DNA from: Minisyncoccota bacterium
GTDB taxonomy: Bacteria > Patescibacteriota > Minisyncoccia > Phycocordibacterales > JAQTLZ01
Assembly (NCBI GenBank): GCA_028714635.1
Contig: JAQTLZ010000002.1
Location: 121,841 to 185,840 of the forward strand
Reading direction: 5' to 3'
Length of the DNA: 64,000 bases
Position numbers and translations under genes: made by a program
Notes under the pieces: model-generated
Database searches by the model: none
The model's input: the letters and a program-made list of their open reading frames with translations, nothing else
What the model was told of the DNA's origin: nothing
In this document: in pieces, positions 1-9,014 of the stretch
Numbering within the stretch: position 1 is the stretch's first letter
Layout of the letters: every line of letters starts with the position of its first letter

Positions 1-381
1 AACACTACGGTTATTGTTACCGATCCATCCGCGCCTATCATTACTGTGACTGCGCCAAATGGCGGAGAGAATTGGAAAATAAACGCTACGCGGGCGATAA
101 CATGGAGAGACAGTAACTATAATTCCAGCGCAAAAATTGATTTGTACTTGGGCAAACAATTGCCCGTCGTGTGCGTAAAAGCTCCCTGCGGACCTTTCTT
201 TGAATCATCTACGTACGTACTTGATAAAAATATTCCAAATACCGGTGTCTATAATTGGATCGTAGGAACAGACATCGTTAATAACCCTATTCCGCCAGAC
301 AGTTATGGTCTTCGAATTTGTGTAAGCGGGACTGACAATTGCGACTTGAGCGATGAGCCGTTTACACTTATTAATAATTAA
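1..381 (+). CDS. Hypothetical secreted/surface protein, C-terminal fragment (5' end outside window)
   Basis: Frame 1 is open from nt 1 and continues into the listed ORF 46..381. Thr/Ser/Asn-rich, Cys-containing C-terminus. No start codon in the window. Confidence 0.5.
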   Translation, partial: NTTVIVTDPSAPIITVTAPNGGENWKINATRAITWRDSNYNSSAKIDLYLGKQLPVVCVKAPCGPFFESSTYVLDKNIPNTGVYNWIVGTDIVNNPIPPDSYGLRICVSGTDNCDLSDEPFTLINN

Positions 382-392
382 TTATTCATAGT

Positions 393-1151
393 ATGCCCCT
401 TTTTTTTCTCGTTTTTGTCGTCGTCGTATTATTGTTTCTCTCGCTTAAGGTTTTGAAGGAGTACGAGCGGGGAGTCATTTTCTTTCTTGGAAAATCTACT
501 GGTATGCGAGGTCCCGGACTTATTATTCTCGTCCCCATTTTGGAAAAGATGACGCGAGTGGAGCTTCGTACTATCACGATGAATATTCCGTCCCAGAAAA
601 TTATTACCAAAGATAATGTGTCTATTGATATCGCCGCTGTCGCTTATTATCACGTCGTCGATTCAATAAAATCTGTCATTGCTATTGAAAATGTTGCAAG
701 CGCAGTCAATCAAATCAGTCAGACTACGGTGCGAAATGTCGTCGGGCGATTCAAGCTCGATGAGCTTCTTTCGCAGACTTCAGAGATCAATATAGACATA
801 AAAGATACGATAGACAGCCATACCGAGCCGTGGGGAGTGCAGGTCACCGCCGTAGAAATCAAAGACATTACGCTTCCTGATAACATGCAAAGAGCGATGG
901 CAAAAGAAGCTGAAGCAGAACGAGAAAGACGGGCAAAAATTGTTGCGGCAGAAGGAGAATTTCAGGCGGCGGTAAAGCTTGGCGAAGCGGCAGATATTAT
1001 TTCGGCTCACCCCGTAGCATTGCAACTGAGGACACTTCAAACAATGGCAGAGATTGCTACCGAGAGAAATTCTACAATTATTTTCCCAGCGCAATTCATG
1101 ACGACTGTTGCGGATGCGATGGCGACAATTCGACAGGATAACAAGAAATAG
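393..1151 (+). CDS. SPFH/band-7 family protein (stomatin/prohibitin-like)
   Basis: N-terminal TM helix followed by a typical stomatin core ([11 protein letters not shown]..., [38 protein letters not shown]) and a C-terminal Ala/Glu-rich coiled coil. Confidence 0.9.
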   Translation: MPLFFLVFVVVVLLFLSLKVLKEYERGVIFFLGKSTGMRGPGLIILVPILEKMTRVELRTITMNIPSQKIITKDNVSIDIAAVAYYHVVDSIKSVIAIENVASAVNQISQTTVRNVVGRFKLDELLSQTSEINIDIKDTIDSHTEPWGVQVTAVEIKDITLPDNMQRAMAKEAEAERERRAKIVAAEGEFQAAVKLGEAADIISAHPVALQLRTLQTMAEIATERNSTIIFPAQFMTTVADAMATIRQDNKK

Positions 1152-1220
1152 ATCGATTCTCCTAGATTAAAGCTCGTAACTCTGGTATAACAAAGGGGCT
1201 CATTTATTGAGTTTTTAAAT

Positions 1221-1292
1221 GGTGGCTATGGTGTAGCGGCAGCACAAGAGCTTGTGGAGCTTTTAGTCTGGGTTCAACTCCCAGTAGCCACC
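1221..1292 (+). tRNA. tRNA-His (anticodon GTG) with genome-encoded G-1
   Basis: Manual fold: G-1 pairs with discriminator C1292; 7-bp acceptor stem GTGGCTA/TAGCCAC; D-stem GTGT/GCAC; anticodon stem AGAGC/GCTTT with loop TTGTGGA (anticodon GTG); T-arm CTGGG-TTCAACT-CCCAG. CCA is not fully encoded. Confidence 0.8.
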
Positions 1293-1301
1293 CAAGGAAA
1301 C

Positions 1302-1326
1302 AAAACAGCCGAAAGGCTGTTTTGTC
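1302..1326 (+). terminator. Intrinsic terminator-like hairpin after tRNA-His
   Basis: AAAACAGCC-GAAA-GGCTGTTTT stem-loop (GNRA-type loop) followed by TTTTGTCTT. Confidence 0.65.
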
Positions 1327-1328
1327 TT

Positions 1329-1466
1329 GGGTGGCTAAGTGAGCAACCAAGGTTGCTCACGTCTGGGAGTTGAAGCCCGATTGAGCACACCGCCCTTTTA
1401 AAACAAAAGGGCGGGGTCCAATCGGGGTACTGCTTCTGTAAGAAGCGACATCCCCAGTAGCCACCC
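1329..1466 (+). ncRNA. tRNA-His-derived, highly structured RNA-like element (138 nt), function unknown
   Basis: A 9-bp terminal helix GGGTGGCTA/TAGCCACCC and the helix CTGGG/CCCAG copy the acceptor and T stems of the adjacent tRNA. Three perfect internal hairpins (1339-1360, 1390-1414, 1432-1446) and an 8-bp long-range helix (1376-1383/1419-1426). The 15-nt block CCCAGTAGCCACCCA is identical to the tRNA 3' end. Confidence 0.35.
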
Positions 1467-1545
1467 AAACAAAACATGTAACCAGTCTCTCGGTATTTCG
1501 TCATTTTGAGTAAAGGTCGCATTACTCAATTCTTAGAAAAAAACT

Positions 1546-1803
1546 ATGTTGGGATATTGCGGAGGATATGGCGGGTATAGTTTTGATCTCTTCGGGCTGT
1601 TTTTGTGGATAATGGTCTGGGTGCTCATCATCGGTCTCGTCGTGAGACTTGTCCGCGAGCATCACTGGTTCCATTGGTTCGGCGCGCATCATTTGACTCT
1701 GAAAAATTCAGCCGCTCTTGAAATTCTAGATTCTCGATACGCGAAAGGCGAGATCAGTAAAAACGAATACGAAGAAAAAAAGGCCGACATTATGAAACAA
1801 TGA
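1546..1803 (+). CDS. SHOCT-domain small membrane protein
   Basis: N-terminal hydrophobic helix, then a C-terminal SHOCT-like motif (ALEILDSRYAKGEISKNEYEEKKADI). Confidence 0.75.
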   Translation: MLGYCGGYGGYSFDLFGLFLWIMVWVLIIGLVVRLVREHHWFHWFGAHHLTLKNSAALEILDSRYAKGEISKNEYEEKKADIMKQ

Positions 1804-1814
1804 ATTTGACGACT

Positions 1815-1952
1815 ATGATCCAGAAAAGAAAAAGCGGATATTACGTGCTTTCGGAAAAAACAAAAAAGAATCTCGGAGGTCCGTATAAAACTCATGGAGA
1901 AGCGGTGAAAAGATTGCGGCAGGTCGAGTTTTTCAAGCACAGAGGGAAGTGA
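1815..1952 (+). CDS. Small hypothetical protein (45 aa, below ORF-track cutoff)
   Basis: ATG 1815 to TGA 1950-1952 translates to MIQKRKSGYYVLSEKTKKNLGGPYKTHGEAVKRLRQVEFFKHRGK. Basic, non-repetitive, 12 nt downstream of the SHOCT gene. Confidence 0.3.
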   Translation: MIQKRKSGYYVLSEKTKKNLGGPYKTHGEAVKRLRQVEFFKHRGK

Positions 1953-2142
1953 TCTTGGATTCTGCCTGTGAACAACTCATTTCGCTTGAAAAAAGTCTTG
2001 ATTTTCAAGCACTTTTTGAAGTGCCTTTTGCACTTTTCTTTTTTGACATACAGATGCTATAGGCATACAATTTTTTTGGGCGTCCCTAGAACAACTGTGT
2101 TCCGGGACATAGCGGGGGTTAGTTTTGCAGGAGGGTTCGGAG

Positions 2143-2610
2143 ATGGACAATGGAACAGAGGCAAAGTACGTGGACGTGGCTGATCGGCTTTGGGAGGAGA
2201 GGAATGCAAAAGACACCATTGTCAGGGACGATGGGTCTGTGATGGCGGTCTTCCGCGTCCTCGAAATCAATGCCCGTCGCAAGGCTCGCCGGGTGATCCT
2301 CGGGATCAAGTTTGTCGGCGGGAAGATTTTCCAGCAGCTCTTCGTGGTCAAGAAGGAGAAGGGTGCCACGGATATCTGTCACGGCGACCGCCTGATCGCG
2401 GTTCATTCCAGTTTCATGGACATCGCCGGGCTCGCCAAGGCTTCGTTGTCAGAGCGTCTCGAGAAGGCACTGGCAATTCTCGAAAACGTCGCTCACAGCA
2501 TCAGGCGCGATCCGGGCCTTCTGGAGAAGATTCGCAATCCCAAGGATTGCCGTTCGGTCAACACAGTGGGCGGGCAAAGGTGGGACAGGCGGCGGATAGC
2601 ATACGCCTAA
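2143..2610 (+). CDS. Hypothetical protein in a GC-rich island
   Basis: Globular-looking ORF (ILGIKFVGGKIFQQLFVVKKEKGATDICHGDRLIAVHSSFMDIAGLA). GGAGG RBS 9 nt before ATG 2143; the ORF track lists an upstream ATG at 2125. Local GC is clearly higher than the flanks. A competing Arg-rich frame (2190..2723) was rejected. Confidence 0.5.
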   Translation: MDNGTEAKYVDVADRLWEERNAKDTIVRDDGSVMAVFRVLEINARRKARRVILGIKFVGGKIFQQLFVVKKEKGATDICHGDRLIAVHSSFMDIAGLAKASLSERLEKALAILENVAHSIRRDPGLLEKIRNPKDCRSVNTVGGQRWDRRRIAYA

Positions 2611-2653
2611 TTCGACTCAACCCTTCGGAGGGAACAGATTTTCGTTTCAGTCT

Positions 2654-2695
2654 CCCACGGCGGTCCGCAAGGATTGTCCGTGGGTTTTTATTTTT
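2654..2695 (+). terminator. Intrinsic terminator
   Basis: CCCACGG ... CCGTGGG stem followed by TTTTTATTTTT. Confidence 0.5.
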
Positions 2696-2726
2696 CATGG
2701 GGTATACTTCTTTATATAGATAATCT

Positions 2727-3809
2727 ATGCATCTTCACAGGATTACCCACACTCTCGAGAAATATGAACGGCATATCTCATCAGGAATGCTCGTTTTTGG
2801 ATTTATTTTCGATTCGCTGACGCTTACTCGAATCGATAAATCTCGCGATCATATTATTCTTGCTTTCTATCTACTTCTCGTTCTTCTCTGTATATTTTTT
2901 GTAAATCTTTTTGAAGAGCGCCAATTAAAGGCGGGATTCCTGGAGAAAGCCCAGCCGTGGCTTCTCTTTGCAATCCAGTTTTCTTTCGGAGGACTTTTCA
3001 GCAATTTTATAATTCTTTACGCAAGAAGCGCTTCTTTTCTCTCAAGCTGGCCTTTTCTTCTCCTGCTTTTCGGGCTTCTTGTTGGAAATGAATTTTTCAA
3101 ACGACATTACGCTCGTTTTGCCTTTCACATGAGCGTGTTTTTTGTCGCTCTTTTTTCCTTCCTTATCTTCTTCATTCCTGTTGTCCTGAAACAGATGAGC
3201 GGAAGCATTTTCTTTTTGAGCGGACTTACTACTGTCGTCCTCTTTTTATTTGTCATGTACGAACTGTCTCGGTTTTTTCCGGAAAGGATTGAAGACAGCA
3301 AGAGGACGCTTACATTTAGCATAAGCATCATTTTTCTTCTCATTAACGTTCTTTATATTACAAATATCATCCCGCCTATTCCGCTTTCTTTAAAGGAGAT
3401 TGGTGTTTTTCATTCCATCTATCGCAAAAGCAGTACTGAATTTATAGTGCTTAGCGAAGAGCAAAAAGGATATGCATTCTTGCGTTCCTCCGACACGGTG
3501 AGTTTGAAGGAGGGCGAACCCGCGTATGTGTTATCGGCCGTTTTTGCCCCGACTGGCCTGTCTGTGAAAATCATCCATGATTGGCAATATTATGATGAGA
3601 AAGAGGGATGGGTATCTTCCGCGAAAATTCCTCTTACTGTGGTCGGAGGTCGGGAAGGAGGGTACCGTGTTTATTCAAAAAAGGAGAACATTTCACCAGG
3701 ACTTTGGAGAGTGAACGTAGAGACAGAGCGCGGGCAGGTGGTCGGTAAGATGAAATTTCTTGTTGAAAGAGTAACGACAAGCCCGCAACTCGAGTCTTCT
3801 TTGCGTTAA
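2727..3809 (+). CDS. Polytopic membrane protein with C-terminal DUF2914-like beta domain
   Basis: Multiple hydrophobic helices over ~230 aa, then a soluble C-terminal domain (WQYYDEKEGW...GGREGGYRVYSKK...GLWRVNVETERGQVVG). Confidence 0.8.
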   Translation: MHLHRITHTLEKYERHISSGMLVFGFIFDSLTLTRIDKSRDHIILAFYLLLVLLCIFFVNLFEERQLKAGFLEKAQPWLLFAIQFSFGGLFSNFIILYARSASFLSSWPFLLLLFGLLVGNEFFKRHYARFAFHMSVFFVALFSFLIFFIPVVLKQMSGSIFFLSGLTTVVLFLFVMYELSRFFPERIEDSKRTLTFSISIIFLLINVLYITNIIPPIPLSLKEIGVFHSIYRKSSTEFIVLSEEQKGYAFLRSSDTVSLKEGEPAYVLSAVFAPTGLSVKIIHDWQYYDEKEGWVSSAKIPLTVVGGREGGYRVYSKKENISPGLWRVNVETERGQVVGKMKFLVERVTTSPQLESSLR

Positions 3810-3851
3810 TTTGAGTATTCAAGAACTATTCAATAGGATATACTTTCTCTC

Positions 3852-5030
3852 GTGAAAGATTTCATTCGCATTCTTAAATCGCTCATCTCGAAAAGAAATA
3901 TTGCCGGGATGTGCGGATTATTTCTCTTCGGCCTTTTTTTCTTTGGTTTTAGCGCGTTTCATCCGAAAGTTCCTGTGGTAGCGGAGCAAAAAGAAATTGA
4001 TCTGGAAAAAGAAGATCCGAAAACGCTTGTGAAAGCGGTGCGATCCGCCCAAGCTGTTAAAAAGGAAAAATATCTGGTTTCAGCCTCTACTCCGCAATTT
4101 GTACTCCTTTCTTTTGATGGTTCGAAATCAGTAGATATGCTTCGCGAGACCTTGGATTTTGAAAGTCTTCTCTCTCAAGAAGGAAAACCGCTTCACTTCA
4201 CCTATTTCATCAACGCTGCCTATTTTCTAGGCCAGGGTTCCGCGTACTTGTATCAAGCTCCGGGACAGCCGGCGGGGAAATCGCTCATCGGTTTTTCTGA
4301 TTACGTGGCAGACATCTCCCTGCGAGTGGAGGGGTTTAATAAAGCGCTTGAGATGGGAAATGAAGTCGGCTCGCATCTTGCCGGGCATTTCAACGGCACG
4401 AGCTGGTCTGAAGCAGATTGGAAGCAGGAATTCAATTCTTTCAATCTGCTTCTTATAAATATGCAGAAAAATAATCCTTCAGTTTCCATACCGCAGGTGA
4501 ATTTCGGTCCCGATACTATCGTCGGACTTCGGGCGCCTGATTTGGGCGTGAATGCATCGCTCTATAAAGTGCTTCATGAGTATCATTTTCTGTATGACGC
4601 GAGCGGAGTAGCGTCGCTTTTGTCCCGAGATAATTGGCCGAAGAAAGATGGCTATGGGCTTTGGCATTTTCCGCTTGGCCGCGTATCTCTGGGGAAAAAT
4701 CATGTTTCGACGATTTCAATGGATTATAATTTATGGATGATGCAGTCCAATGTTCAGGAAGAGGCGGTAAAGGGGACAGAGCTTTGGCAAAAATATAAGG
4801 ATGATGTTGTTTCTGCCTATATGGATTATTTCAATTCTAATTTCGCCGAGAATCGCGCACCTGTTATTATTGGGCACCACTTCAATAAATGGAATGACGG
4901 GGTCTACTGGGAAGCGATGAAGACATTCGCCGAGAGTGTGTGCGGGCGGGAGAATGTGCGCTGTGTGACTTTTAAAGAGCTCGTAGAGTATTTAAATACA
5001 GAAGGTCCTCCACCTCTCGCAACTCAATAA
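3852..5030 (+). CDS. Polysaccharide deacetylase family protein (NodB/CE4 fold), membrane anchored
   Basis: N-terminal TM helix; SFDGS (TFDDG-like) motif, GSHLAGHF His motif, LRAPDLG motif. Start uncertain: GTG 3852 or ATG near 3909. Confidence 0.8.
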   Translation: MKDFIRILKSLISKRNIAGMCGLFLFGLFFFGFSAFHPKVPVVAEQKEIDLEKEDPKTLVKAVRSAQAVKKEKYLVSASTPQFVLLSFDGSKSVDMLRETLDFESLLSQEGKPLHFTYFINAAYFLGQGSAYLYQAPGQPAGKSLIGFSDYVADISLRVEGFNKALEMGNEVGSHLAGHFNGTSWSEADWKQEFNSFNLLLINMQKNNPSVSIPQVNFGPDTIVGLRAPDLGVNASLYKVLHEYHFLYDASGVASLLSRDNWPKKDGYGLWHFPLGRVSLGKNHVSTISMDYNLWMMQSNVQEEAVKGTELWQKYKDDVVSAYMDYFNSNFAENRAPVIIGHHFNKWNDGVYWEAMKTFAESVCGRENVRCVTFKELVEYLNTEGPPPLATQ

Positions 5031-5052
5031 AGAGCGGTGGTATACTTCCGTA

Positions 5053-6720
5053 ATGACTCAAGCAGAAGCGCTGAAAATTTTAAAAACGGGAGCAAATATT
5101 TTTCTCACGGGAGAGCCAGGGAGTGGCAAGACGCATACTATAAATGAATATACGCGCTATTTGCGTCAATGCGGGATTGAGCCCGCTATTACCGCTTCGA
5201 CAGGCATTGCCGCGACCCATATCGGAGGAATGACCATTCATTCGTGGAGCGGGATTGGAATTCGGAAATTTCTCAATGGATATGATCTGGATAAAATTGC
5301 GACCAGCGAATATGTGGCAAAGAGGGTCCGCAAAGCCAAAGTGCTGGTGATAGACGAAGTCTCGATGCTTTCTCCGGAAACTCTCTCGATGGTTGACGCG
5401 GTGTGTCGGGAAGTGAAAGGGAATACTGACGCGTTCGGAGGAATGCAAGTGATTTTTGTCGGAGATTTTTTCCAGCTTCCGCCGGTTGTGAAAGCAGATG
5501 TGGAATCTGAAAGCCAGTTATTTGAAGAAGAAGCTCCTCCTCGCTTTGCATATGGTTCGCCTTCGTGGAGAAACGCGAAAGTGCTTACCTGCTATTTGAG
5601 CGAGCAGTACCGCCAGGATGATAGTGATTTTCTCTCGCTTCTCTCTGCGATTCGGCAAAATACTTTCGGCGACGCGCATAAAGAACATCTTGAAGCGAGA
5701 AAGATTGGAGAGAAGAAAATTTCAAAAGATGTGCCTCGGCTTTTTTCTCATAATGCGAATGTTGATCTTTTGAATGACCAGATGCTCGGAGCACTCTCTG
5801 AAGAACCGCATGTATATCTCATGACCTCGAGTGGGAAACCCTTTTTAATTGAGGCGTTAAAAAAGGGATGTCTCTCTCCCGAAAAACTTTCACTGAAAAT
5901 CGGCGCATCGGTGATGTTTACCAAAAATAATCCCAAAGAAGGATTTGTAAATGGAACACTCGGTACTGTTTCCGGATTTGAGTCGAGTTCAAATTTTCCT
6001 ATTGTACAACTTCGAAATGGAAAAAAGATCGTGGTAACTCCGCTCGAATGGTCCGTGGAAGAAAATGGAAAAGTGCGAGCGCAAATTTCACAGCTTCCTC
6101 TTCGTCTTGCATGGGCGATTACGGTGCATAAAAGCCAAGGGATGAGCCTGGACGAGGCGGTGATGGATCTTTCGCAGGTGTTTGAATACGGACAAGGATA
6201 TGTGGCCCTTTCCCGCGTGCGCCGACTTTCAGGATTGCATCTTCTCGGTTGGAATGCAAAAACATTTCAGGTGCATCCGGAAGTGCTCTCGAAAGATGAG
6301 TCATTTCGAATTGCGTCGGATGAGGCGGCAGAAATTTTCGGGAAAATTTCTGCCGCCGAGCTCGACAAAATGCACGACAATTTTGTGAAAATATCTGGAG
6401 GGAACAGGCCAAAGCCAAAGATCGGTAGCTCGGAAGTGAAAGGTGACCCCAGTAGCGAAGCTATGCTCGCTACGGGGCAAGGAAAGAAAACGCTCGAAAA
6501 AATAAGAGAAAAACATCCGAATGCCTATCGTAAATGGGATGAAGCCCAAGATAAACAACTCAAAGATTTATTTGCAGAAAAGAAATCAATCCCTGATCTT
6601 ATGAAATTGCTCGGAAGGAAAAAGGGTGCAATTCAGATGCGTCTTTTGAAATTCGGACTTATCGAGGATGATGGTTTTTCTTTAGCCTTTCAGAAGAAAA
6701 AAGCAAAAAAGAATGGATAA
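5053..6720 (+). CDS. PIF1/RecD-like SF1 helicase with C-terminal HTH-like extension
   Basis: Walker A GEPGSGKTH, VLVIDEVSML (Walker B), FVGDFFQLPPV, ITVHKSQGMSLD motifs. Basic C-terminal ~100 aa tail looks helix-turn-helix-like. Confidence 0.9.
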   Translation: MTQAEALKILKTGANIFLTGEPGSGKTHTINEYTRYLRQCGIEPAITASTGIAATHIGGMTIHSWSGIGIRKFLNGYDLDKIATSEYVAKRVRKAKVLVIDEVSMLSPETLSMVDAVCREVKGNTDAFGGMQVIFVGDFFQLPPVVKADVESESQLFEEEAPPRFAYGSPSWRNAKVLTCYLSEQYRQDDSDFLSLLSAIRQNTFGDAHKEHLEARKIGEKKISKDVPRLFSHNANVDLLNDQMLGALSEEPHVYLMTSSGKPFLIEALKKGCLSPEKLSLKIGASVMFTKNNPKEGFVNGTLGTVSGFESSSNFPIVQLRNGKKIVVTPLEWSVEENGKVRAQISQLPLRLAWAITVHKSQGMSLDEAVMDLSQVFEYGQGYVALSRVRRLSGLHLLGWNAKTFQVHPEVLSKDESFRIASDEAAEIFGKISAAELDKMHDNFVKISGGNRPKPKIGSSEVKGDPSSEAMLATGQGKKTLEKIREKHPNAYRKWDEAQDKQLKDLFAEKKSIPDLMKLLGRKKGAIQMRLLKFGLIEDDGFSLAFQKKKAKKNG

Positions 6721-7771
6721 AGCGCTTATTCAAAGATTGGAAAAAGCAATTTCAGAAAAAACATTTCCCGGATGCGTCTTGGGAATTGTTTCTCGTGATG
6801 GCAAAAGGAGCATTTTTCCAGTTGGGAATTTTACTTATGAAAAAGATTCTCCAAAAGTTACAGAAAACACGATATATGATCTGGCTTCAATTACGAAATC
6901 AATCCCAACTTCTTGTGTTCTTCTGAAACTCCTTGAAAAAGGGAAGGTGAATATCGAGGATAAAGTTACGGATTTCATTCCCGAATTCGGAAATTTTCCT
7001 GAAAAAAAAGAAGTTACAATCAAAAATCTTCTCACCTATACATTGGAGCTTCAAGTTCCTGGACTTTCGTCGCTTAAAGATAAGACTTCGGAAGAAATTG
7101 TTGCGGAAGTCGTGAATGCACCTCTCAAGTCTCGGCCCGGTTCAAGATTTTTCTACAACAACGCAACAGCGCTTCTCATCGGTTTTGTCATCCAGAAAAT
7201 TATAAAAGAACCGCTCGATATCTATGCTGAAAGGGAATTTTTTGCACCGCTCGGTATGAGTCGGACGACATTCCATCCGGAGCGATTTCCGAAAATGGAA
7301 ATCGCTCCAACAGAAATAGACGACTGGCGGGAGAGAGTAATTCAAGGTGAAGTTCATGATGAAAGCACCTTCACGCTCCAGAAAAAATATTTTTTTGGCA
7401 TTGCCGGAGCTTTTTCTACGGTTCCCGATTTTCTCAATTTTCAAGAGATGCTTTTGAATGGGGGAGTCAAAAACGGAAAAAGATATTTCTCTGAAAATAT
7501 GATTCAAAAAATGCATACCAACATGATGCCGGACGCGAAAGGTGAGCCAGTAGGCCTCGGCTGGAATATTTATAATCCTCTGTATATGGGCACCAAAACA
7601 AGCAAAGAAGTATTCGGCAAAACTGGTTTTACCGGCACTCTTGTTCTGACCGATCCAGTGAAAGGTGTTGGATTTACACTTCTTTCAAACAGAACTTTTC
7701 CAAAACGCCCAAAAGATTCAAATCTCATAAACGCCGTCAGAGGCGATATTGCAGACATAATTTTTTCATAA
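6713..7771 (+). CDS. Serine hydrolase of the beta-lactamase/PBP (class C-like) family
   Basis: SITKS (S-x-x-K), YNNATA (Y-x-N) and KTGFTG (K-T-G) triad. Overlaps the helicase stop by 8 nt. Confidence 0.85.
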   Translation: MDKALIQRLEKAISEKTFPGCVLGIVSRDGKRSIFPVGNFTYEKDSPKVTENTIYDLASITKSIPTSCVLLKLLEKGKVNIEDKVTDFIPEFGNFPEKKEVTIKNLLTYTLELQVPGLSSLKDKTSEEIVAEVVNAPLKSRPGSRFFYNNATALLIGFVIQKIIKEPLDIYAEREFFAPLGMSRTTFHPERFPKMEIAPTEIDDWRERVIQGEVHDESTFTLQKKYFFGIAGAFSTVPDFLNFQEMLLNGGVKNGKRYFSENMIQKMHTNMMPDAKGEPVGLGWNIYNPLYMGTKTSKEVFGKTGFTGTLVLTDPVKGVGFTLLSNRTFPKRPKDSNLINAVRGDIADIIFS

Positions 7772-7872
7772 AAAAACAGCTGAAACTAAACTGTTATCTT
7801 GTCGTGTTATACTAAGGGCCGTTCTGTCCTTTTTGCTGTTTGGCCTCGGAATCTCTCTTGAAAGGAGGGGTT

Positions 7873-8958
7873 GTGAAGAATAAAAGTGTCACACACCCTT
7901 CGGAAAGGGTGGTTTTGAAGCGTGTCGCTTCTGTTGTGCTTCATGTTTACGCTCTCATCATGCTTATTGCGGTGGGGCTTAGCATGCAAGCAGTGCTTTC
8001 CGCTGTTTCAGCGTATCTTTTCATAAGATGCGTTATCGTCATCGTCCAGTTCGAGCGTGAAATAAGAAGAACTGACGAGGGCAAGGAGCGCAAGCATTTG
8101 AAAAAAGGAGACCGGGCAAAGCTCGCTCCCATTAACTGGGTGCGCAGTATCGGTTTCTTTAGCGTACACGTCGTCGGAATTGCAGGGCCTTTTGTGGTTG
8201 GCTGGAGTTGGTGGGCGACAGGCCTTGCGGTCTTTCTCTACTACCTCCGGATGTTTTTCATCACCGGTTTTTACCATCGGTATTTTAGCCACAAAAGTTT
8301 CAAGTCATCTCGTCGATTCGTTTGTATTATGGCGCTCTGCGGGGCAAGCGCTCTTCAGAGGTCCGCCACTTGGTGGGCAGCGGTGCATCGATGGCATCAT
8401 GCTCATTCGGATCAAGATGAGTCAGACAGGCACTCTCCAGTCGTTTGGAATATATTTGAGACGCATTTCGGCTGGCTCAACAGAAAGGGCGCAAAAATAT
8501 TCAAGCCTCTTTCTGATGAGTTCATGCAGGACCCAGTCTTTGTGAAAAGTCAGAAGTATCCATGGGTGTATCTCCCGGCCGTCATTATGGCCCTGGGGTG
8601 TTACATCTTGGGCGTGGTCCTTTCACACTGGTTCTATGATGTGAGCGGTGGGCAATTGCTTATCGCGTTCTTCACAAGCACGACAGCTCTCTATCACGGC
8701 ACAGCCTTTGTGAACTCTATCACGCACATGATGGGCGAACGGTCTCATGATACGAAGGACAACAGCGGAGATGTGTGGTGGCTCGTACTCTTCGTTCTCG
8801 GAGAGTGGAAGCATAATAAGCATCATCACGATCCGAGTGCCGCAAAAGAGAGTGAATGCGATCCGACCTATTGGGGGCTCCTTGTCCTCGAAAGGCTGGG
8901 GCTCATTTGGGATTTGATCCCGGAAAAGGAGGAAAGAGATAAGTTAAGGGCTGCTTGA
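7873..8958 (+). CDS. Membrane fatty-acid desaturase (acyl-CoA delta-9 desaturase-like)
   Basis: Three His boxes: HRYFSH, HRWHHAHSD, HNKHHHD. AAAGGAGGGG RBS before GTG 7873; the ORF track lists an alternative upstream start at 7840. Confidence 0.85.
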   Translation: MKNKSVTHPSERVVLKRVASVVLHVYALIMLIAVGLSMQAVLSAVSAYLFIRCVIVIVQFEREIRRTDEGKERKHLKKGDRAKLAPINWVRSIGFFSVHVVGIAGPFVVGWSWWATGLAVFLYYLRMFFITGFYHRYFSHKSFKSSRRFVCIMALCGASALQRSATWWAAVHRWHHAHSDQDESDRHSPVVWNIFETHFGWLNRKGAKIFKPLSDEFMQDPVFVKSQKYPWVYLPAVIMALGCYILGVVLSHWFYDVSGGQLLIAFFTSTTALYHGTAFVNSITHMMGERSHDTKDNSGDVWWLVLFVLGEWKHNKHHHDPSAAKESECDPTYWGLLVLERLGLIWDLIPEKEERDKLRAA

Positions 8959-9014
8959 AAAAGCGCCCTTTTTTCATTCTCTTTATGATATTCTAAATGC
9001 ATATTTTCATTACT

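Noticed and set aside
1274-1522. 82-aa minus-strand ORF over the tRNA-His / tRNA-like region
   Set aside because: It overlaps a tRNA and heavily structured RNA, with no RBS and implausible composition.
2190-2723. 177-aa plus-strand ORF overlapping 2143..2610 in another frame
   Set aside because: The translation is Arg/Gly/Ser-rich and low-complexity and extends across the terminator. The overlapping frame looks like a folded protein and has an RBS.
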